From a bacterium (lineage in GTDB: Bacteria; Electryoneota; Electryoneia; Electryoneales; Electryoneaceae): a DNA stretch of 64,000 nt. Shown here piece by piece: positions 56,817-64,000 of the stretch. Where the stretch lies: NCBI GenBank assembly GCA_963675295.2, contig CAXXKJ010000002.1, positions 4,192,001 through 4,256,000 of the forward strand. Reading direction: 5' to 3'. Numbering within the stretch: the first letter of the stretch is position 1; the number at the start of each line of letters is the position of its first letter. The notes under the pieces are model-generated. The model saw only the letters and a program-made list of their open reading frames with translations, ran no database searches and was not told the origin of the DNA. Position numbers and translations under genes: made by a program.

Positions 56817-58826
56817 TTACTTCATCAGCATCATCTTACGGGTAGCGGAGAATTCACCGGCGTTCAGCTGGTAGAAATACAGACCGCTGGCGAGGTTCGC
56901 CCCGTCAAAGGTGAGGCTCTGGTGACCGGCAGCCATCTGGCCGTTCTTCAGCGTCATGACCTGCTGGCCGGCGACGTTGTAGACGGTCAGGGTGACATCC
57001 GCCGCGTGCGGCAGCGTGAAGTCAATCTGCGTGGTCGGGTTGAACGGGTTCGGATAGTTCTGATCGAGGCTGAACTCGAGCGGCTGCGTCGCGGTCGGTT
57101 CACCAACCGTGGTCGCGCCGAACCAGTTGATCACGTTGCCCATCAGGGTGCCAAACTGCGGCGTGATGAACGGCCAGTCCGGGTTGGTCCAGTCAAGGGT
57201 ATACTCGATGTCGAAGCCGAGGAAAATAGTCTTGCCGTCCCAGGCGTTCACATATCGAAGACCATTGACATAACCGAGGTCCGCACCTTCAAAGATGGTT
57301 TCGGTTTCGGACACGCCGGTCATCGCTTCCGGGTAGCTCTGATCCGTGGTCTCAAACAGGATCTGGTACGGATCGTCAGCAAAATCGTTGCTGATCGGAT
57401 CATCCGGGATGCCATAGAACAGGGTGTCACCCGGAATGTCGATATCGTTGCGGCCTTCCTGGATACCGAACACATCGTACGCGAAATCACCAGCCGAGAA
57501 GCTGGGTTCTTCCGGTTCGTCATTCGCGAAGAAGTAGTCCTGGTCGGCGTAGAACATGTTGCCGCCGGCCATCAGGTACGGGACATATGCGTTGCCGGTG
57601 TAGTCACGGGTCGGGACAGAGCCCGCGCCCCAGCCAACGACGATCAAGGCGTTCCAGTCCGACTCAGCGATCAGGTACTCATCAATGCCCTTGTTGTCGT
57701 CGACATCGTAGAACGCGTAGTAAATACCGGCGTTCACGAGCGCATGACGCATCTCGTACGTGAAGTTCGACTGGTGGTCGATGAACAGGATGTCAGCATC
57801 CAGACCCGCCAACTCGATGATGTCGAAATTCATCTGGCTGTCTTCGTTGCTGTTTTCCTGGCCTTCATCGTCGACGGCCCAGATCCAATAGCTGATCATG
57901 TCACCGACTTCATTGTCAAGCGTGAAGGTGGCGTCGAAAATGCCGTCCTCATCCGGGTCGGTCATTTCGTACTGAGTCGGAGCGCCACCGTTCACCGAGA
58001 CATTCAGCATCGCCTGGTGATCATCGGTCCAGCCGGCATCGTCGAAGATGTCGCACGTGACGGTGCATTCCTTCGAACCGTTGACCGTGTTCGGCAGCTG
58101 GTTCATGTTGCCAATGATCGGCGGGGCGCCGAGCGGGTAGGATACACCGACACGCATGGCGAGGTCGACGACCGGGGAGCTGGAACCGTACGCACCCCAG
58201 GTTTCATCATAGGTGTCCATCCACGGACCACCGAACCAGGTGTAGGTAAAGCCACGGGAGGAAATGTTGTCCGCGAGCGGCTGCGGCATGCCGTCATCCT
58301 GGGTCTTGACCCAGCCGACGATGAACGCGCGGCCGTCGTCAATCCAGATCGCTTCGCCGTTGAACAGCTCTTCCTGTTCAAACAGGTACTCACCCCAGTC
58401 GCCCTCACCGTTGCTCAACTTGTTGAACGGGCCGAACAGGGCTTCACCCAACGGGCTGACCGGCGAGGTACCACGCAGCGGAGCGCGGCCATCCGCATAC
58501 ATCGCGGCGCAATCCGGGTTGTATTCCCAGACGAACGACTGGAAGTTACCCGCAGTGTACCACTGCTGTTCCGCGAAGTGCACCGAGCACGGAGCGAGCG
58601 GCTGGAAGTGCACGCACATGGTGTCACCCAGCGAGCCGGAGCTGAGGTAGTAGTCGGTCGTACCATCGCTCATGCGATTCAGGAACAAACCTTCCCACTC
58701 ATCCAACTCGGGGCCGTTCAGGCCCTTCGTTACTTTCGTTGGCTCGAGCAGGTGGATGTCAGTTGCCCACGCCGCCCCAACGGCGATCAGCAGCGCCATG
58801 CTCACCAATACCAAACGTTTCAACAT
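56817..58826 (-). CDS. Secreted protein with T9SS-type CTD
   Basis: Signal peptide; LDQNYPNPFNP...KMMLMK. Confidence 0.88.
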   Translation of the reverse strand: MLKRLVLVSMALLIAVGAAWATDIHLLEPTKVTKGLNGPELDEWEGLFLNRMSDGTTDYYLSSGSLGDTMCVHFQPLAPCSVHFAEQQWYTAGNFQSFVWEYNPDCAAMYADGRAPLRGTSPVSPLGEALFGPFNKLSNGEGDWGEYLFEQEELFNGEAIWIDDGRAFIVGWVKTQDDGMPQPLADNISSRGFTYTWFGGPWMDTYDETWGAYGSSSPVVDLAMRVGVSYPLGAPPIIGNMNQLPNTVNGSKECTVTCDIFDDAGWTDDHQAMLNVSVNGGAPTQYEMTDPDEDGIFDATFTLDNEVGDMISYWIWAVDDEGQENSNEDSQMNFDIIELAGLDADILFIDHQSNFTYEMRHALVNAGIYYAFYDVDDNKGIDEYLIAESDWNALIVVGWGAGSVPTRDYTGNAYVPYLMAGGNMFYADQDYFFANDEPEEPSFSAGDFAYDVFGIQEGRNDIDIPGDTLFYGIPDDPISNDFADDPYQILFETTDQSYPEAMTGVSETETIFEGADLGYVNGLRYVNAWDGKTIFLGFDIEYTLDWTNPDWPFITPQFGTLMGNVINWFGATTVGEPTATQPLEFSLDQNYPNPFNPTTQIDFTLPHAADVTLTVYNVAGQQVMTLKNGQMAAGHQSLTFDGANLASGLYFYQLNAGEFSATRKMMLMK

Positions 58827-58894
58827 ACTTCACCCCTTTCGTTGTACGACGTGATGTTACCATCACGACTTCCGAAAACTACTTCCGTTGCTTG

Positions 58895-59824
58895 TTACTG
58901 TAACTCGTTCAACTTTTCCTGCAGTTGGATCAGGAATTCCCCGAAGTTCACCGCGTAGTAGTAGGTGACAACGTACGAATCCCCTTCTGCAGGAATTGGA
59001 TTTCCTTTGAAACGAACAGCGTCTCCAGTGACATCGTATCCAGTGATCTCGAAAGTAATGTCATCCTGCATGACAGAAACAGGATAAACAAGATTTACGT
59101 TCGAGAGATCGAGTTGTGCGATACCGTCAAGGTGCGTTTTCTGCAGCAATGTGACTTCAACCGCCTCATCGGGAACTTCGACGATCGCCCCCGAATTCTC
59201 CAGGGACGGGATAAACGCGTTGTCGTCAACATCATCCAGCACCACCATCACCTCGCCGTACTCACCCTGGCCGTACCAGGCCATCGCCTCCAGCAACTTG
59301 ACCGTGTCCATGTCAAAATTCGGCAGCCAGCGATGGGTCGGGTTGGCCATGTCCGCCCAATACTCCTGCGCATTTTGTGCTTCTTCGACGGCCATCTCGT
59401 AGTCCTGAGTGCTCAGGGCCACGCTCGCCTTGCCTGCGCAGGCTTCCGCAAACAGAGCGTCCACGTCCCCGGCTTCCACCTCGCCGGTTTCGATCAGCAC
59501 CGCGCCCAACGTCAGCACGTTGGACAGGTTTCGTTGCGCGCTGATCGGTTCCCGTGAATCGGCGAACGCATACCCGAGCCCGAGATACGCCTCGAGGTTG
59601 CTGGATTCGGCGTTTGCGGCATCCGCGAACATGTTGAGGGCCTCGTCCACCTCACCATCGTTCAAATACTCCCAACCCCGTTCGATCATCAGATCGACGG
59701 TCACGGCCGGGCCGGTCGGGATATCGTCGCTTTCGGTTGAACAACCTACCACCATGAACAGGGCGGTCAACAGGAGCCCGGCGGTCAGGATGCGCAAGGT
59801 CAGCCGATGAAAATTGGTCTGCAT
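58895..59824 (-). CDS. TPR lipoprotein
   Basis: VVGC lipobox; GWEY...EAYLGLGYA TPRs. Confidence 0.8.
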   Translation of the reverse strand: MQTNFHRLTLRILTAGLLLTALFMVVGCSTESDDIPTGPAVTVDLMIERGWEYLNDGEVDEALNMFADAANAESSNLEAYLGLGYAFADSREPISAQRNLSNVLTLGAVLIETGEVEAGDVDALFAEACAGKASVALSTQDYEMAVEEAQNAQEYWADMANPTHRWLPNFDMDTVKLLEAMAWYGQGEYGEVMVVLDDVDDNAFIPSLENSGAIVEVPDEAVEVTLLQKTHLDGIAQLDLSNVNLVYPVSVMQDDITFEITGYDVTGDAVRFKGNPIPAEGDSYVVTYYYAVNFGEFLIQLQEKLNELQ

Positions 59825-59849
59825 TGTATGATCCTCCATCCGGGGCTGG

Positions 59850-62800
59850 TTACTTCACCAACACCATTTTACGGGTCTTGTTGAATCCCGGCGCATCCAT
59901 GCGCACGAAGTAGACGCCCGACGCGATCGGCGTGCCAGCCGCACTCTGTCCATTGAAATGGAACTTGTGCGTACCATACGCCAGGTCACCGTCGAACAGA
60001 CGCGTCACTTCGCGGCCCAACACGTCGTACACCGCCAGCGTCACCGGACCGGTTTGCGGCAGCGCGATCTTGATCGTAGTGCTCGGGTTGAACGGGTTCG
60101 GATAGTTCTGCCCCAGCTCGAAGCTGTTCGGAACCATCAGGTCGTCCGGGACGTCACCCAGCGGACCAGCCATCACGGCATACGTGCCGGTCTGGCCAAC
60201 ACGCACCGTGATCAGGCCAACTGCCGGGTTGGCTTCGCCACCGACATACACCCACTCATCGTTGCGCATCAGGTACACACCGGCGTCCTGTTCACCGGCG
60301 GCGTCCACGTCATACGGAATCCGCAAGGTCAGCGGATCACCGACCTTCTCGATGTGGTTGCCGATGCTGTAGCGGCTGCTGACCGGCGTCCGTCCATCCG
60401 TATTCTGGATGAACTTGCCCAGGCCGACCGACGCCACGTCCGGCGAGCGGACAAGCATCAGGTCCTTGTCGCGATCGAAGCTGCGTGCGGTCGAACTCAC
60501 CTGGAATCCATCGCTCAGTTTCACCATCGACGGGCCACCGCCTTCGAAGGTGGACATCACGATGATTGTCGGATCGGATTCCACAACCGGGACACCGTTC
60601 GAATAATACCCTTCAAGCGCCCAGTGCATTTCGCCGACATCCGTCATCGTGACATGTGCGACGTACTGATCGAAGCGACCAGTTGCGTTCTCGACCGAAG
60701 TCATCTCGAAATCATCAGGTGAATCGTACGTGGCGATCACTTCCGTCATGTCCGCATCGGCATACACGTTCACCGTCGGTGCAGAAACTCCGTCAGAACG
60801 GTACAGCGGCTGTTCGGTAATCACGTACACATCGAGCATCGTTTCGATCACCGGGTTCTGCACCACGAACAGGCGGCTGAATTCCGCGGCATTCTGCTGA
60901 TGATGCACGAGGAAGTCACCACCCGCACCCGCCGCGATCAGGAAGAAGGTCGGGAAGGTAGCTTCCGGATCGTCAGCGCCACCCAGCACCCATCCATCGC
61001 CGGGGCTGATCGGCACGACACCGACGTTCAGATCGCCCTCGAGTTCGATTTCCTGGGTCAGAATCGGCAACGCGCTGAGGTTGTTGTCAACCTCGGTCGC
61101 CTGCATGTTGACTTTCCGGAATGCGATATCGGTCGCGCCCTCACCAGCAAAGACAACCAGATTGTCGTTGACCGGATCCAACGCATTGTTCAACGTGGTT
61201 GCGGTGTAGCCGGTGAAGAAGTAGTCGAAGCCCCATTCCGTGTTGGTCCGCTGATACGGCGCACGGTCGGGACCGGCCGACGTCTTCCAGCGCATTGGAC
61301 CACCGCGAATCGCGGCTTGCGTGTTGATGTTCTCGAACATGAACCGGTTGTGATCGTCTTCGGAGTACGATGTGTCAATCAGGTTCGCGGTTGCGAAGTC
61401 GAGGAACACATCGACCACATCCAGATCCTTCTGCCAAGCCTCAAGCTGTTCGTTGCGGTCGGACAACGCATCCGCGACGCCATAAATATCAATGTGCGGA
61501 GACATCGAAATGGCAGTCAGCATATCGTCGCCACCATACTTCTCCCACAGGTACAGCATGTACATGAAGACATGCTTGTAATCCACGCGGGAAGACAGGT
61601 CGGACCCGATGAAGGTCAGGATGTTGCCGCCCGTCAGACCCCGGGTTTCGGAATCACCGTAGTACCGCGGATGACGGAAGGTGTAGAACTCAGTGAAATA
61701 CGCCAGGCCGTACTTGACCCAGTTGACCTCAAACTTGTCGACCTTGTAGCTGACGTACTGAGTGTACACATTGGCAATGGCGGACAAACCGGCTTCATCC
61801 AGTTCGTCCATGTCGTCCTCTTCCCAGACCTCGTCGTTATCGTTCCAGATCCAGGCATCATCCCCCGTGTTGTAGCTCTGCGGGTAACTGTCAAGAACGA
61901 TCAGCTCCGCTTCGTTGGAGTACTCATCGGTGCTGTTGCCCGGAAGGTCACTCGGCAAGAAATAGCCGTGCTTCCAGAAGCCTGCGTCACCGTCGTTACG
62001 TCCGACACCGTATTCATCCCAGATATCCGTCAACAGGATGATGATCTGCTCCGGAATCTTGTCCGCACGTTCGCCGCCAATCAGGTCGTCAATGGCAGCC
62101 TTGGCACCCATGTCCGGGAGTTTCGGTGTCCGCGTCTCAAAGAACGTTACTGCGCTGTCAAGCTCGGACTTGCGCAGCGGGGTCACCAGCGGATGTTCAA
62201 CCGACTTGCCTTCCCGCAGGTAGAACGGATCGTACGGCAGGCCCCACTGATCGTTGGCGACATACCACAACGCCCCTGGACTGACCTCGCGCAGTGATGC
62301 CTGCACGATGCGCGGCAGCGTCGGGAACGCTTCATGGCTGCGGATGTAGAATTCGCGACCAAAACCGAGGACCAGCACCGATTCGTACAGTTCGTTCGCG
62401 GTGGTATCGCCGTCCATCAAACCTGTTTGTTCAACACACGGAATGCCATCGGCCGTGGTGATAAATCCTTCGCTGAAGTCAAGTATCAGGTCTGTCCGGT
62501 CGGCCTGATCAATATCCTTGATCGCCGAAACATCCGTATCGCTCAAGTACAGCGAGATGCGATTCGGTTCGCTGGCTTCGAACGATTCCGGCGCACCGAT
62601 CGCGATACCGTTCAGCTGCATTTTGGTCAGGTCGACGTTTTCCGCCGGAACGGTTCCGTTTGTGCCGATCACAAACCGTCCGTGGACCTCATCAAACCAG
62701 ACATACTCAATCAGCGGCGGGTTCGGGTCGGCAATGTAGTTGAAGTCTTCGACTTCGATGTAGCGGTTGCCGTTCAGCTTGGAGGACTGTTTAACCGTGT

Positions 62801-64000
62801 ACGGTTCGATCACCATGCGTAGCGTGCTGGTGTCGATGGTGTTCTCCAGCGCGTACTGGTCTTCTTCGCTGATGGTGATCGAGAATCCCTTGTTGCCGCC
62901 TACGCGCTCCAGTTCGCCATCGGTCAGAGTGACGGTATCGTCATCAGCCGAGATGAAGTGAATTCCCTCGAACACGACTTCCGCGTCCAGGCGAACGTCG
63001 AACAGGAGGTATAGCTCGTTGGCATCAGCGTCGTAGTACGGCAGGTCCTCTTCATCAAGTTCCGGACCCTTGTTGCGGTCCTCGGCAATGATGGTCAGCG
63101 GAACACCGTCCGCCATATTGCCGTTACCGCCGGCGCTCAGCACGGTCGCGGAACGGACATACACCTGGAACTCGAGATTGGCTCCGGTATCACCAGCACC
63201 GTCACCATTCTGGTCAATCAGGTCTTCGGTGGCATGCGCGGTGCCAACACCCATCAGAACCGTCAGGCTGGAATCGGAATCCGCCAGGCCGGCGAGGCCG
63301 GACTCCAGCGCGTACGAATAGGTGGAATCGGGTTCGATGCGCTGAATCGACAGTTTCGGGACAACCGCGTAGTCCTTGACATTGGAAGCGAGCTTCTGGT
63401 TGAACTTCACCTTCAGCTCGTTGGACCCCATGTCATATTCGGCCCACTGCGGAAACAGCGTCGCCGGGTCCTGCGTAAACTCAACAGCAAAATCTTCGAC
63501 CGGCACCGCCGGGTTGTAGTCCACATCCACGAATGTATAGTCCGTGAACCGGATCATCATCGTCCCGGTGTCCAACGCTTCCACGGTCGCGCGTTCGGCC
63601 GGCAGCAACTGCAGCTGCAGCACGTCGGAATCCATCCTGGTCAGGTCCGCTGCGCTTGAAAGGGTCACGAGGGTGTTGTTCGCGTCGTACAGGGTGATCT
63701 GCGGAACAACAACATTGGCTTCAAAGTCAAGCACGCCGTTGCCGTTGCGGTCTTCGTTCTCACCACCGGTCAGCACACCGTCCCCCGGCGCCGGCCAGTT
63801 CTTGTTGTAAGGGTCCTGCGTGGCCACATCTTCCGGAATCTGGTCGAACTGCATCACCTTGTTGAAGCTCAGGGTCAGCGTGTTCGACGCGGCATCGTAT
63901 TCGGCGTCTGTGAGGTTAACCTCATCGTTGGAAGGAACTTCCACATATGTGAGGTCGATCCAGGTACCTTCCGACAGATTGCCCTGCGGATCGCTGGCCA
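59850..64000 (-). CDS. Very large secreted protein (5'-partial) with degenerate zincin-like domain and FlgD-Ig/T9SS CTD
   Basis: Frame open to window end; LGQNYPNPFNP...KMVLVK; GYF...SNEAE...WVKYGLAYFTE...YLWEKYG. Confidence 0.85.
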   Translation of the reverse strand, partial: ASDPQGNLSEGTWIDLTYVEVPSNDEVNLTDAEYDAASNTLTLSFNKVMQFDQIPEDVATQDPYNKNWPAPGDGVLTGGENEDRNGNGVLDFEANVVVPQITLYDANNTLVTLSSAADLTRMDSDVLQLQLLPAERATVEALDTGTMMIRFTDYTFVDVDYNPAVPVEDFAVEFTQDPATLFPQWAEYDMGSNELKVKFNQKLASNVKDYAVVPKLSIQRIEPDSTYSYALESGLAGLADSDSSLTVLMGVGTAHATEDLIDQNGDGAGDTGANLEFQVYVRSATVLSAGGNGNMADGVPLTIIAEDRNKGPELDEEDLPYYDADANELYLLFDVRLDAEVVFEGIHFISADDDTVTLTDGELERVGGNKGFSITISEEDQYALENTIDTSTLRMVIEPYTVKQSSKLNGNRYIEVEDFNYIADPNPPLIEYVWFDEVHGRFVIGTNGTVPAENVDLTKMQLNGIAIGAPESFEASEPNRISLYLSDTDVSAIKDIDQADRTDLILDFSEGFITTADGIPCVEQTGLMDGDTTANELYESVLVLGFGREFYIRSHEAFPTLPRIVQASLREVSPGALWYVANDQWGLPYDPFYLREGKSVEHPLVTPLRKSELDSAVTFFETRTPKLPDMGAKAAIDDLIGGERADKIPEQIIILLTDIWDEYGVGRNDGDAGFWKHGYFLPSDLPGNSTDEYSNEAELIVLDSYPQSYNTGDDAWIWNDNDEVWEEDDMDELDEAGLSAIANVYTQYVSYKVDKFEVNWVKYGLAYFTEFYTFRHPRYYGDSETRGLTGGNILTFIGSDLSSRVDYKHVFMYMLYLWEKYGGDDMLTAISMSPHIDIYGVADALSDRNEQLEAWQKDLDVVDVFLDFATANLIDTSYSEDDHNRFMFENINTQAAIRGGPMRWKTSAGPDRAPYQRTNTEWGFDYFFTGYTATTLNNALDPVNDNLVVFAGEGATDIAFRKVNMQATEVDNNLSALPILTQEIELEGDLNVGVVPISPGDGWVLGGADDPEATFPTFFLIAAGAGGDFLVHHQQNAAEFSRLFVVQNPVIETMLDVYVITEQPLYRSDGVSAPTVNVYADADMTEVIATYDSPDDFEMTSVENATGRFDQYVAHVTMTDVGEMHWALEGYYSNGVPVVESDPTIIVMSTFEGGGPSMVKLSDGFQVSSTARSFDRDKDLMLVRSPDVASVGLGKFIQNTDGRTPVSSRYSIGNHIEKVGDPLTLRIPYDVDAAGEQDAGVYLMRNDEWVYVGGEANPAVGLITVRVGQTGTYAVMAGPLGDVPDDLMVPNSFELGQNYPNPFNPSTTIKIALPQTGPVTLAVYDVLGREVTRLFDGDLAYGTHKFHFNGQSAAGTPIASGVYFVRMDAPGFNKTRKMVLVK

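Overview
Bacterial chromosomal window, most likely from an FCB-superphylum lineage. This is an inference from eight secreted proteins with PNPFN...KV(M/V)L(V/M)(R/K) T9SS-type C-terminal domains, a Bacteroidota-type ECF/FecR pair and a C25 peptidase. The left half (~3.1-31.2 kb) is a tandem island complex at the 3' end of tRNA-Lys(CTT). (i) An outer element with PICI/SaPI-like gene order: tyrosine integrase, MerR-like HTH, XRE repressor, divergent HTH and acidic micro-ORF, AEP primase-SF3 helicase, then a ~340-bp dyad-symmetric iteron origin. Its cargo is a two-component pair, a secreted protein, NADAR, ankyrin, hypotheticals and a truncated N-formylglutamate amidohydrolase, with an IS3 element. 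(ii) An inner 10.9-kb island with no integrase, bounded by 43-bp att repeats (ECF-FecR-2xTBDR-lipoprotein; PepSY-RR-HK). The right half is core-like: ROK kinase, tmk, crotonase, queG, rseC, DAGK, tRNA-Arg(CCG) and many secreted proteins. Several enzymes there show catalytic-motif loss, and there are nested inverted-repeat and heptamer-repeat intergenic structures. No CRISPR, rRNA or reverse transcriptase was seen. All calls are by eye; no database searches were run.
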